Shown: positions 14,483-23,643, counted from the stretch's first letter. The stretch is 25,973 bases of DNA from a virus (IMGVR_UViG_3300020044_006281:1-25973); one strand, 5' to 3'. Notes: generated from the sequence alone by a model not told the origin. Numbers and translations: made by a program.

Positions 14483-17377
14483 TCAATCCTCGCCATCGTC
14501 GTCAGACATGTAATAATCGTCGTCAGACATGGAGTTGATTTGTTCTTCTCGCCTAGCCCAGAAGCGATCAGTCGGGACAGGTTTATCGTTACCGATAAAA
14601 GTTAGTCCATTTCGGCGGGACATCTCTAGTGCGTAGAGAAACGAGTCAGCCAAGTCAGGCGAGAAGCCAGTTCTCGCTTTGTAATCGTCTTTAGTCTCTA
14701 CGGCAATTTTCTTGTTCTTGGTGCGATACCTACGAAGGCAGAGTTCTCGGCCTAGTTCGCCAGACGCTTCGACTCCATAGATCACACGGGCCTTAAACCC
14801 ATGGAAACTCTGATACCAGTATTCGGAGATAAGACGATCATAGACTTCTGTGCAAGGACGCTTATCGACATCGGCTGCGATACGATCAGTCGGGCGGCCC
14901 ATAGAAGAGATAAGAGCGATAGACGAACCATCTTTATCATGCCGTAGCCACTCACGCATGATAGCCTGCCCGATTCGACCACCATCACCGCTGACATCCA
15001 TACCAAACTTGCTAGGCTTCACATCATGCTTGAGGCAAAGCTCAACTACCTTCGCGGCTACTTGGACATCAAACTCGGTAGCTTGCCCAGCGGCGATCTG
15101 GATCACTTCTTGGTTTACCAGATACATAACCTTCTGAGAAGTTCCACGGACATAGCCTAGCTTGCAGACTGTGAGGACGCATCGGTCTCCACCAGCCGTG
15201 AAGGCAGTATCGAAGCCAGCAATCTTGATAAGGTCATTGTGATCCCAGATAGGTTCAGAATATGTATCGGCATTCCGAATGACATCGGCGGTTAGGATGG
15301 TTTGGGCGAAGCCAGACTTGGGCCACCAGCCAATAGCGTTACGAACATAATCAACCGAGTTCTCATCGCCGTAGGACATTTTCAAGATGTCCGCTTGCTT
15401 CTTGCGATCCATCAAGAAAGGGAATGGAGAAGGTTCATCAGCAGGAGCTTGGAAGTTTGGCGACTTCATGCCATTGTAGAACAAGCATACGCCTGTTTCG
15501 GTTTCCCACTTCTCCATATCAGCACTCACAGCATCGAAGCTAGTGTGACCTTTAGGCATAGCCCAGCGGGTATGGGGATTGTCACCAGCGGACGGGTTAC
15601 CGATACCGATGAAAACTTTGTCATCGTTGGAGGAAAGGTTCTGTCGGATGTTAATTGCGCCCATTTCCATTTCGGGCAACTCGTCCAAGGCTACGCGGAT
15701 TCTATCGTTCTTACGACCGCGGGTGGTATCAATAGCCTTCTGGCCTTCGGAACCGGGCGGGAAGGCAATAGCCTTGATAGCATTCCGGTAGTCCTTCTCA
15801 TCATCGCCAGAAGCGCCACCCCATACAATCATGTGTCGATAATCAACGAGGTTCCCGATCTTATTTGAAGCGCACTTCCAGAGTTTAGAGATGATACCCC
15901 AGATACGATCTTCTGATGCACCGAGAGTAGTAGTGGCTACCCATGACGAAGTGCAATGCGGGGCAGCGCACCAGTCCAAGTAAATCCATAGGCCGACAGG
16001 AAACGAATTATGGGTTACAACTCCATCACCAAGTAAAAATCTGTGGTTTCCATCAACTGAAAACCCAAAGTATTCACCTTCGCCAATATCTTCAACATCA
16101 AAAGATGTAGCAGTGCAATCACGAAGAGTTGCAACTTTCCTCAATGGCTTTTCCTTTAATGGAAGTTTTGAAAGCTGTTCCCCAGACAACCTTACTCGGT
16201 AATATATTTCAGAGAATCCAATACTTTTAATTGAGCATTTTTTTTCACTAAGTTTTACTTTTATTCCCAAAGATTCTGCCAAATTTTTGACTTGAATAGC
16301 TAATCCACGAAATTTTGAAATATACTCAAACCCAGAATCTTGATGGATGTGCCCATCACTATCCAATAATCCAGCAAGAACTCCGCGCCGAACTTCAAGT
16401 GAGTTCATCAAATATTCTTCTCTGATAAATTTTTCGCGTCCATGTTCTGAATCAAAAGAAGATGTTCTTAAAAATTCTGTAAAATCATTTTTAGATTTGT
16501 CTGATCTAACGCAGAATGTTTGGCAGGATTTGTCTTGATAACCAACGTGAACTCGGAAACCAATAGATGTGAAATATTGAGTCCAATAATCTGACATTGC
16601 TCCATGCGGAGTATGTAGTATCGGCCTATCTGTTCCACCATCACCAAGCCAAGCTCCATAGCAATATGGATCATACGGAATTTCTTTTTCCTCAAATTCG
16701 GCAGGCACTGAAAATTGCAATAACCTTCTTTTTTTGTCGGCAGAGAGATTCAAGTAATCTTGAATTGGAATGTCAACAACATCCCCCTTCTTCCATTTTT
16801 TGCTCCATTTTCCTGATCCACATTTTTTATTATATCCGACTTTCAATGACAAAATATGAGAATCATTGCAGACCCATGATTCTCCCCGCTTAGGTCTGAT
16901 ACGATATAATTTTGATTTTCCTGATGTGGTAGATAAAACTTTTCTTGGAGTTAAATCATCCCCGCAAATAAAATCGCCAACCTTGACTTTTTCAACAGGC
17001 TTGATCTCTCCAGAATACATCCTAATTGGAGTTCCTATTCCTAGACATTTTCCCATACTTGCAGCCCCCGCCAAGCAAATATCATCATGCCAGCACAACT
17101 CCTCAAGAGTCCTAAGAAGTTGGGTATTGGTGTAGCCACGATTCTTAATTACAACATCGGTCGGCCACATATACTGGACAGCCTGAATAAAGTGTTCGTA
17201 TGGTGACAAAAGTTTGTAGTCAGAAAGCTCGATATTCTTTTTAACTCGCATAGTTTTCCCGTAGTCGCCGCGAGTTAAAGCGTAGCAATAAAGTTCAATC
17301 TCAAGAGGATTCATGTTTTCTGGGAAAACCATCCCATATTTCCTAATGCCATTTTGAGAAACAATTTTTCTTGACAT
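14483..17377 (-). CDS. terL: terminase large subunit with intein (about 617 aa after splicing)
   Basis: Walker A GAASMGK|S, Walker B VALDE, IGIGNP coupling motif, RNase H-like nuclease AGFD...GGD...SPDLADS; adjacent to the portal cluster. Confidence 0.9.
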   Translation of the reverse strand: MSRKIVSQNGIRKYGMVFPENMNPLEIELYCYALTRGDYGKTMRVKKNIELSDYKLLSPYEHFIQAVQYMWPTDVVIKNRGYTNTQLLRTLEELCWHDDICLAGAASMGKCLGIGTPIRMYSGEIKPVEKVKVGDFICGDDLTPRKVLSTTSGKSKLYRIRPKRGESWVCNDSHILSLKVGYNKKCGSGKWSKKWKKGDVVDIPIQDYLNLSADKKRRLLQFSVPAEFEEKEIPYDPYCYGAWLGDGGTDRPILHTPHGAMSDYWTQYFTSIGFRVHVGYQDKSCQTFCVRSDKSKNDFTEFLRTSSFDSEHGREKFIREEYLMNSLEVRRGVLAGLLDSDGHIHQDSGFEYISKFRGLAIQVKNLAESLGIKVKLSEKKCSIKSIGFSEIYYRVRLSGEQLSKLPLKEKPLRKVATLRDCTATSFDVEDIGEGEYFGFSVDGNHRFLLGDGVVTHNSFPVGLWIYLDWCAAPHCTSSWVATTTLGASEDRIWGIISKLWKCASNKIGNLVDYRHMIVWGGASGDDEKDYRNAIKAIAFPPGSEGQKAIDTTRGRKNDRIRVALDELPEMEMGAINIRQNLSSNDDKVFIGIGNPSAGDNPHTRWAMPKGHTSFDAVSADMEKWETETGVCLFYNGMKSPNFQAPADEPSPFPFLMDRKKQADILKMSYGDENSVDYVRNAIGWWPKSGFAQTILTADVIRNADTYSEPIWDHNDLIKIAGFDTAFTAGGDRCVLTVCKLGYVRGTSQKVMYLVNQEVIQIAAGQATEFDVQVAAKVVELCLKHDVKPSKFGMDVSGDGGRIGQAIMREWLRHDKDGSSIALISSMGRPTDRIAADVDKRPCTEVYDRLISEYWYQSFHGFKARVIYGVEASGELGRELCLRRYRTKNKKIAVETKDDYKARTGFSPDLADSFLYALEMSRRNGLTFIGNDKPVPTDRFWARREEQINSMSDDDYYMSDDDGED
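14583..14598. repeat. 16-bp palindromic motif, copy 9 (TTATCGTTACCGATAA)
   Basis: Exact sequence; in the terL C-terminal tail (encodes FIGNDK). Confidence 0.95.
16007..17047 (-). mobile_element. intein (347 aa) with LAGLIDADG homing endonuclease
   Basis: Begins CLGIGTPIRMYSG, has block B CNDSHIL, GAWLGDG and LAGLLDSDG motifs, ends GVVTHN followed by Ser+1. AT-richer than the exteins. Confidence 0.95.
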
Positions 17378-17414
17378 ACAATCGATAGAAATACATCTTC
17401 ACGCGAAAGGCAAG

Positions 17415-17792
17415 ATGAAACTTAAAGAACCAAGGAGAGCGCCAGTCGGAGGGTTTTATTACAAATATGTAATCACGAGAAACGACCTTGAGTTTCCTGC
17501 AACTGTGTATGGAGAATCGCTTTCAAAATTGATTGAGAATGTTCTTCGAGACATGAGATCAAACGGAGTAACTCCGCCATTAGATATAGCAGATGTCATC
17601 GAAATCCAGATTTGCGAAAGGCAACCAGCGGACAGATGCTGGAAGGGAGCGGGAGATCATGTTGCACAAGCTATTCATGGAGTAGCAAGAGTAGTTGACA
17701 AGATAGCAGGAACAAACCTTGAAAAAAAGGCAAAAGGATGCTCTAGTTGCCGTCAACGCCGACAAGCGTTAAACAATCTGTTCAACAAATAA
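17415..17792 (+). CDS. hypothetical Cys-containing protein preceding the portal
   Basis: 125-aa ORF with C-terminal GCSSCRQRRQALN. Confidence 0.7.
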   Translation: MKLKEPRRAPVGGFYYKYVITRNDLEFPATVYGESLSKLIENVLRDMRSNGVTPPLDIADVIEIQICERQPADRCWKGAGDHVAQAIHGVARVVDKIAGTNLEKKAKGCSSCRQRRQALNNLFNK

Positions 17793-17794
17793 CT

Positions 17795-17810
17795 CTATCG
17801 TTAACGATAA
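17795..17810. repeat. 16-bp palindromic motif, copy 10 (CTATCGTTAACGATAA)
   Basis: Perfectly palindromic 14-bp core in the 24-nt gap before the portal ATG. Confidence 0.92.
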
Positions 17811-17816
17811 CTCATT

Positions 17817-20321
17817 ATGCCTATCTCAGTCGGATCAGACAATTTCTCACTTTCAACTCTTGGCCCAGATGGAGAAGTCCCAGATACTAGGATTTCATCA
17901 GCTAACCATGCTTGGAATATCGCAAACAATCTCGCTCTGTCAAATGTAGGACGCGAGAATAAACGCATTCGGGTATACAAAAGCTACAAGAGGTTTCCAC
18001 CTACTGGCTATAGCAAGCTGGCAGAAAAGAAGTTACCTTGGCAGGCAGATGTGAACTGGGGGCAGATGGAGTTCATCGTCAACAACCAGAAGTCCAGCTA
18101 CTACGATGTAATCACGGAGCGACAAGCCTGTGCATCAATCGAAACTAAATATGGCAATGAAAAAGAAAGACTCGTCCACACGGAAAACATCACGCTCGCG
18201 TTCGACAAAGCGATCCGCGAATGGCCGGGGTATCTCTACAACAAAGAACAAGAACTTGAGTCGATGCTGCTCTACGGAAAAGGCATCGGGATGTGGCACT
18301 CTCCTCTTGGCTGGATGCCAGAATATGTTCCGCTTTCTGACCTCTTGTTCCCTGATGACATCAAGGTTGATTTCTCGAATCTGGAAGAATTTGTGCGGCG
18401 AGTTCGACTCACCCCGTATCAACTCTACAAGATCATCGAAAACCGATCTGCCGCCGAAGACCTTGGGTGGAATGTTGATGCAGTCATCGACGCCATTCGA
18501 TTCCACAAAGCGTTCTCGGAACACAACAAAACGCGGGAAGACTTCTTCCGAACAATCTCGGAAAGCGGGTTCAACTGGTCGTTGTCAGTCAACCAAAAGA
18601 TCGACCTCTACGAAATCTATTGGAGGGAGTTCGATGGTAAAATCTCCAAAGCAGTCATCCTCCAAGACTACAACCCAATCAGTCAGCACATCAACCAGTA
18701 TGTCAAAAGCAACGAAAAGGTCAGCGAAGCAGTTGTCAGAGATCAGCATGGTTTCCTCCAGCTTAATGTCGGGCTTTTCGATAAGTGGGACGAAATTATC
18801 TATATGCTCACCGACTCGGTGGGTAGCGGATTATTCCATGACATCAAGTCCCAAGCGGAAGCGGCGTTCGTAGCGTGTCGTCAGTATGACTTCACGATGA
18901 ACGGGCTGGTTGATGCCGTTCGTTTGAACTCCATGCTTCTCTTGGATGGCGGGTCGCCAGACTCAACCAAGATGCTCAAGCAGATGGAATGGCTTCCGAT
19001 CAGCGTTATGCCAGACGGAGCCAAGTTCACGCAGAACAGGTTCCAGATGCCAGTCGCCGAAGGAATGCAGTTCATGCAATTCTACATGGGCGATCTATAT
19101 CGCGGCCTCGGCCAGTATCGCATCAATGCTCCAACAGCAGGAGGTGCGCAACGCACCAAGGGTGAAGCGGAACTCGATGCGGCGGAATCGGCAAAACTTT
19201 CTGGAACTCAAATCAGGCGCTTCAACGAGTGCGAAACTCTATACTTCCGAGAGTTATACCGCCGATTTGTATCCTCAACTCGCAATGACGAGGGATACGA
19301 GTATGTCAAAAAATTCTACGAAATTCTTGAGGAACTTGGAACTCCTAAAGAAGCTGCCGCATGGAAGAACATCACAAGCATTCGAAGCAATCTCATCAAC
19401 GGAGCAGGAAGCCCTAGCTTCAAGCTCATTACAGCGGAGAAACTTGTATCGCTTACTAGCATTACTCCAGCCAACGAAGGACAAGAGAATGCCGTTAAAG
19501 ACGCCATCGCAGCTTTGGCGGGGCGGGACAATGTAGCTAGGTATCGCAATACGAAGATGAGCAAGATTGATGATACTGCCCGTATCATTGGTTTCGAGAA
19601 CGCAGGTATGACGGATGTGTTCGTCAACCCAGCGAACTTCCCAGTCTTGCCAACCGATCCTCATCTTGAACACGCGCAAGGTCACTTCCAAGACCTCATG
19701 TTGCAGATTCAGACAAACATGCAAGCAATCCAAGCTGGCATGGCGGAGATTACAGAACTCGCAAAGGTTGTTCGCTCCATCCAATTCAAGGGCGGGCACA
19801 TCATGGCCCATGTGGAGTTCATCGCCAAAGACCAATCCAAGCAAGACTTCCTCAAGCAGTTCATGGAAGGAATGAACCAAGCAGGCAAGATGGGCGACGA
19901 GATCAATGCCGTTTACCAAGAAATGCTCCAGAGCGAACAGCAGTCTCAAGGCAAAGGAATGTCCGAAGAAGACATCAAGCTCCAATACCTCGCTGCCAAG
20001 TCTGGTATCGAAATCGACACCAAGCAGAAGCTCGCAGACATCTCTATCGGCAAGGCATCTGTCAGCCATGCCCAGCGCACAGAGCAACGCAAGCAACAGG
20101 GCATTACCCAACTCGCGCTACAGAAAGCCAAGGCTCGCGCCGAGATTCAAAAGACAATGGGCAAAGCCCAGCCTATGCAACAGGCTCCCGAAGCTCCAGA
20201 GATGGAAGAAGAGGAAGAAGTCGAGGAGGTAGAAACCGAGGAAGAAGAGATCGAAACCCCCGGCGAAGAAGTTGAAATGGAAGAACAGAAACAACAGACA
20301 CCACCTCAGCCTAATGTATGA
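17817..20321 (+). CDS. portal protein (probable)
   Basis: 834 aa; position between terminase and scaffold/capsid; LLYGKGIG and RTKGEAE motifs; helical Gln/Met-rich C-terminus with acidic tail, as in P22-like portals. Confidence 0.75.
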   Translation: MPISVGSDNFSLSTLGPDGEVPDTRISSANHAWNIANNLALSNVGRENKRIRVYKSYKRFPPTGYSKLAEKKLPWQADVNWGQMEFIVNNQKSSYYDVITERQACASIETKYGNEKERLVHTENITLAFDKAIREWPGYLYNKEQELESMLLYGKGIGMWHSPLGWMPEYVPLSDLLFPDDIKVDFSNLEEFVRRVRLTPYQLYKIIENRSAAEDLGWNVDAVIDAIRFHKAFSEHNKTREDFFRTISESGFNWSLSVNQKIDLYEIYWREFDGKISKAVILQDYNPISQHINQYVKSNEKVSEAVVRDQHGFLQLNVGLFDKWDEIIYMLTDSVGSGLFHDIKSQAEAAFVACRQYDFTMNGLVDAVRLNSMLLLDGGSPDSTKMLKQMEWLPISVMPDGAKFTQNRFQMPVAEGMQFMQFYMGDLYRGLGQYRINAPTAGGAQRTKGEAELDAAESAKLSGTQIRRFNECETLYFRELYRRFVSSTRNDEGYEYVKKFYEILEELGTPKEAAAWKNITSIRSNLINGAGSPSFKLITAEKLVSLTSITPANEGQENAVKDAIAALAGRDNVARYRNTKMSKIDDTARIIGFENAGMTDVFVNPANFPVLPTDPHLEHAQGHFQDLMLQIQTNMQAIQAGMAEITELAKVVRSIQFKGGHIMAHVEFIAKDQSKQDFLKQFMEGMNQAGKMGDEINAVYQEMLQSEQQSQGKGMSEEDIKLQYLAAKSGIEIDTKQKLADISIGKASVSHAQRTEQRKQQGITQLALQKAKARAEIQKTMGKAQPMQQAPEAPEMEEEEEVEEVETEEEEIETPGEEVEMEEQKQQTPPQPNV

Positions 20322-20560
20322 AAACCGATAAAATCAAAAGCCTCTGTGCCAGCATAGCCAATCACGAAGATTGGGCTGCGCTACAAACCTACCTGCTAAT
20401 GACCGCCCAACCATCGAGCGGCATTGATACGGCAAGGGACATCTTCAATAGGATAAATACAATCGGGGAGGATACACCTACCCAATTCAAGAAAACCAAA
20501 AAACCAACCATCCAAGTTGAAGAACAAGTAACATCCGATCCAGACCTACAAGACCTATGA
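20318..20560 (+). CDS. hypothetical protein (80 aa) between portal and scaffold
   Basis: ATGA-coupled at both ends. Confidence 0.7.
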   Translation: MKTDKIKSLCASIANHEDWAALQTYLLMTAQPSSGIDTARDIFNRINTIGEDTPTQFKKTKKPTIQVEEQVTSDPDLQDL

Positions 20561-21858
20561 GCGAAACCAACGACACAGCAGAAATCATAAAAGACCTAAC
20601 AAGCAAGCCAGCGGTTCCAATCAAGGGGAACACGAAGGACTTTCTTGCCAAGTTCAGCAAACAGCAATCCGACGACGGGAAGCCAAGCGGAACGAATGTT
20701 GGAGATCCGATGTTGGGGATGCGAAATACCGAAGAACTACCAAATGATAACGAATTGGTAGATGAGGTTATCGTTAACGATAACGAGCCGAAAAAGGACA
20801 TGAACATCAAGAAGTCTGGATTCGTGCAGAAACAGATCGAGGAGAATCGACGACTAAAAGAAGAGTTGGAGAAGTTCAAGAAGGACGAGGTTCCGAAATA
20901 CACCCAGAAGATCGCGGAGCTTGAAGCCTTGGTCGAGAACTCCTCCACTACAGCAGAAGCCAACCACTACCAAGCACAGCTTAATAAAGCGAACGAGGAG
21001 AAAGCTGAATTGGAGGCGAACTTATCAAAGGAAATCGCAGACCTGCGGAGCAAGCTGGACTTCCATGACTTGACCAGCAATCCTGATTTCCAGAAGCAAT
21101 ACTTCGAGCCAATCAAGCAAAGCTACAATTCCGCTCGAGAGATTATCGGTAACGATAGTGCGCTTCAGTCATTGTTCCAACGAGCGATTGCGGCAAACGC
21201 AGCGATCTACAATCACACCAACGAAGCTGACCGGGATGCGTCTGCAAGGGAGCGCGACGAAGCATTTGAGGAGATCACAAACAGCTTGGGAACATTCAAG
21301 CAAGTCAGGTTTGCTGACTATATTAAAGACTATTTGGACAACATGGATCGCCATGCGAATGCCTTGATTAACTACCAGCAGACAAAGACCGAGATTCAAA
21401 ATGCTGCCAAGCGCAAGGAACAAGAGGCGCGAACCAAGTTTATCAACACATGGCATGACAGTTATAAGAAGCAGGCAGCGGAGATCGAGCAAGATTCAAG
21501 CATCTCTGACGACATCGCGGCCTACATGAAAGAGAAGGGGATTAAATTCGACACGACGAAAGACGACGCGATTGCTCTTATTGCCACGCAGCAATCGAGT
21601 GATGAAGCGTCTGTTGATGACATGAACCGACTCATCAACCAAGGCCGAGCTTACAAGAAACTCCAAGCCCAAGTTAAGGCACTTCAAGAAATGGTAAAGG
21701 AGAAAGACGAATACATCGGAAAGCTCAAGGGAGCTTCGCGCGTGGATTCAGCTCCTCGCGCATCAGAATCTCAGCAACGGCGGATGAATGTGACTGAGGG
21801 ACTGGCGGCTAAGTTGGCGAGGTTCTCGCCTGCTGGTCGTAATCTTGCTAGCGTATAG
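20557..21858 (+). CDS. probable capsid scaffolding protein
   Basis: Disordered N-terminus and long charged coiled coils; directly upstream of the capsid gene. Confidence 0.65.
   Translation: MSETNDTAEIIKDLTSKPAVPIKGNTKDFLAKFSKQQSDDGKPSGTNVGDPMLGMRNTEELPNDNELVDEVIVNDNEPKKDMNIKKSGFVQKQIEENRRLKEELEKFKKDEVPKYTQKIAELEALVENSSTTAEANHYQAQLNKANEEKAELEANLSKEIADLRSKLDFHDLTSNPDFQKQYFEPIKQSYNSAREIIGNDSALQSLFQRAIAANAAIYNHTNEADRDASARERDEAFEEITNSLGTFKQVRFADYIKDYLDNMDRHANALINYQQTKTEIQNAAKRKEQEARTKFINTWHDSYKKQAAEIEQDSSISDDIAAYMKEKGIKFDTTKDDAIALIATQQSSDEASVDDMNRLINQGRAYKKLQAQVKALQEMVKEKDEYIGKLKGASRVDSAPRASESQQRRMNVTEGLAAKLARFSPAGRNLASV
20768..20783. repeat. 16-bp palindromic motif, copy 11 (TTATCGTTAACGATAA)
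   Basis: Perfect palindrome extending to 18 bp (20767-20784); in-frame (VIVNDN). Confidence 0.95.
21143..21158. repeat. 16-bp palindromic motif, copy 12 (TTATCGGTAACGATAG)
   Basis: 15/16 match; in-frame (IIGNDS). Confidence 0.92.
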
Positions 21859-21878
21859 CCCTGCATCCAACCAAGCTG

Positions 21879-21924
21879 AAGGGGGAGTGTGAAGAGATTC
21901 ATACTTCCCCTTTTCATTTTTTTT
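21879..21924 (+). terminator. rho-independent terminator after the scaffold gene
   Basis: AAGGGGGAGTGTGAA-GAGA-TTCATACTTCCCCTT hairpin followed by a T-rich run. Confidence 0.7.
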
Positions 21925-21935
21925 GAAAAAAAGAT

Positions 21936-21963
21936 TTGACACTATATTTTGATTCTGTAGTTT
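21936..21963 (+). promoter_or_regulatory. putative capsid gene promoter
   Basis: TTGACA (21936-21941), 16 nt, TAGTTT, with an AT-rich upstream tract. Confidence 0.55.
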
Positions 21964-21985
21964 TCCAGAAACGGGAAAGACGAAA

Positions 21986-22001
21986 TTATCGTTAACGATA
22001 A
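21986..22001. repeat. 16-bp palindromic motif, copy 13 (TTATCGTTAACGATAA)
   Basis: Perfect palindrome just downstream of the putative capsid promoter. Confidence 0.95.
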
Positions 22002-22026
22002 AATTAGTGAGTTGGCTTACCCGGCC

Positions 22027-22149
22027 TTGGAGTTCTAGTTCTCCAATCAAAAACTATTCCGGACTGGTCTTAAAAAGACACCGAGGGTTGAATCCGGCTC
22101 GAAAATAAAAAGCATTCGCTTTGGAATTTTCGAGTTTCTTGCGGATGCT
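22027..22149 (+). other. structured 5' leader of the capsid gene (hairpins plus candidate pseudoknot)
   Basis: TTGGAG/CTCCAA, GTCTT/AAGAC and CCGGA/TCCGG stems, plus two interleaved 9-bp stems at 22098-22149. Confidence 0.45.
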
Positions 22150-22190
22150 AAAACCAAACAACAAACCTAACAACAAACTAAATCAATCAT

Positions 22191-23603
22191 ATGGGCGAAC
22201 AGCTCTATTTTAATTCGTGTGCCGAGATTGACAGCTTTTTCCGTGAGGGCCGTGAGTATTTCAACGACCTCTATGTTAAGAAGCTCGTCACGAACAGCAC
22301 TTACTTCACCCGTTTCGAGGAGCAAGCATGGCCCCTCAATCACACCACCGAGCAAAAAGGTTTCCGCTTTGGCCGCGGCTTTTATGATCCTTGCACCCCG
22401 TTCCGCAAGATCGTTGACACCTACTGCAACACGGACTCCTGCGACAGCAAGCCTGAAGTCATTCAGCGCCCCGGCACGGAAAGCTACACCTTCGAGCTTC
22501 TCCGCAAAGAGATGACGACCGACTGGATTTGCGTTGAGAGCCTTCTCTACCGCCTCTTTCCCGCTGAGGAGATTCTTCAGTTTGAAGAGTCGAATGCTCG
22601 CATCACCAAGAATGTCCACGAGGAATTTCTCCGCGCCAACTACATCGGCGGCGCTGGCCACAAGTGGCTTGGCATTGTAAATGACAACGGAACCTACTGC
22701 GGACTCCTTGATGACGCCGCTTGGTTCATTCCTGAGCATACCACCAACAACGAGTCTGGTTACGACCTCTGCCACATCCGAGTCAAAGTCGCGGCTGCCG
22801 ATCTTCCGAAGATCGCCTACCTCTCGCTGGACATGCTTGATGACGCTCTCGTCGAACTTCAGAACGAAGATGACGCCTTCCGCCTCGACCTCTCTGAGGC
22901 CGCTGGGATGCCTCTCCTCGACATCGTTATCCCCGATCCTCGCGTTGGCCGTGGACTCTACTTCCAAGCCAAGCGAAACAACGGATACTGGGATGCCAAT
23001 ACCGACTTCGACAGCCGCCTGACCAGCCTCAAGCTGGGCGTGAACCGCATCATCGGCGACTACGCTTTCGGTTACGACATCAACTCGCTTCGCTTCAATG
23101 CTGACACCGCATTCAACGCCACTCTCCCTGCGTTCAACGCATCCGATGCCTCCACATGGCCTCGGTTGATTCGCGTTCCTCGCTACACCAAAGTGGCGCA
23201 AGAGAACGGTTGTTCGTATATCCCTAACCGCGACTACCAGAACGCAGACTTCGCGATCTCTGCCGCGATGGTGAACAAGGCGATGACCAAGTGGACGATG
23301 CCTTCTTCGACTGGATACGGCCAAGCCCAACAAATGACCCAGAACTACGCTGGTGATTGGGAGTGGAAGAACCCTGACTGGGAGTGCAACCGCTGGCGCA
23401 AATCGGGCTTCTACCAAGCTCAATTCCGCCTCGCCGCTCAGGTCAAAGACCCGACGCTTATCCATGCGTTCCTGCACCGTATGCCGAAAGCCAAGAACCT
23501 ATATGGCTCCTGCTGCGAACTGAACACTTACACCCCATGCAGCACTAACCCTGACTGCTACTCCTGCGAAGGTGTGGGTGACATTGTTGCTCCAACGCCC
23601 TAA
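22191..23603 (+). CDS. major capsid protein (probable)
   Basis: 470 aa; follows the scaffold; has its own promoter, strong C-ending codon bias and a downstream hairpin. Call rests on synteny and size. Confidence 0.75.
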   Translation: MGEQLYFNSCAEIDSFFREGREYFNDLYVKKLVTNSTYFTRFEEQAWPLNHTTEQKGFRFGRGFYDPCTPFRKIVDTYCNTDSCDSKPEVIQRPGTESYTFELLRKEMTTDWICVESLLYRLFPAEEILQFEESNARITKNVHEEFLRANYIGGAGHKWLGIVNDNGTYCGLLDDAAWFIPEHTTNNESGYDLCHIRVKVAAADLPKIAYLSLDMLDDALVELQNEDDAFRLDLSEAAGMPLLDIVIPDPRVGRGLYFQAKRNNGYWDANTDFDSRLTSLKLGVNRIIGDYAFGYDINSLRFNADTAFNATLPAFNASDASTWPRLIRVPRYTKVAQENGCSYIPNRDYQNADFAISAAMVNKAMTKWTMPSSTGYGQAQQMTQNYAGDWEWKNPDWECNRWRKSGFYQAQFRLAAQVKDPTLIHAFLHRMPKAKNLYGSCCELNTYTPCSTNPDCYSCEGVGDIVAPTP

Positions 23604-23617
23604 CCAATAATCCCTGA

Positions 23618-23643
23618 TGAGGGGCGGGGAAACCCGCTCCTCA
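23618..23643 (+). terminator. GC-rich GAAA-tetraloop hairpin after the capsid gene (terminator or stabiliser; no U tract)
   Basis: TGAGGGGCGGG-GAAA-CCCGCTCCTCA. Confidence 0.55.

Noticed and set aside
15591-15606. Partial motif GGGTTACCGATAC in terL
   Set aside because: The left arm is missing and the sequence is explained by the conserved IGIGNP coding motif, so it was not counted.
18130-20232. Alternative-frame and antisense ORFs inside the portal gene (247, 196, 278 and 108 aa)
   Set aside because: Ser/Arg/Thr-rich frame shadows without start signals or motifs.
778-22001. Palindrome family as a CRISPR array or REP/MITE
   Set aside because: Copies are only 16 bp, spaced irregularly by 0.4-3.6 kb, often in-frame within genes. 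There are no cas or transposase genes and no evident target-site duplications.
22167-23477. 436-aa minus-strand ORF
   Set aside because: Antisense shadow of the capsid gene caused by strong codon bias.
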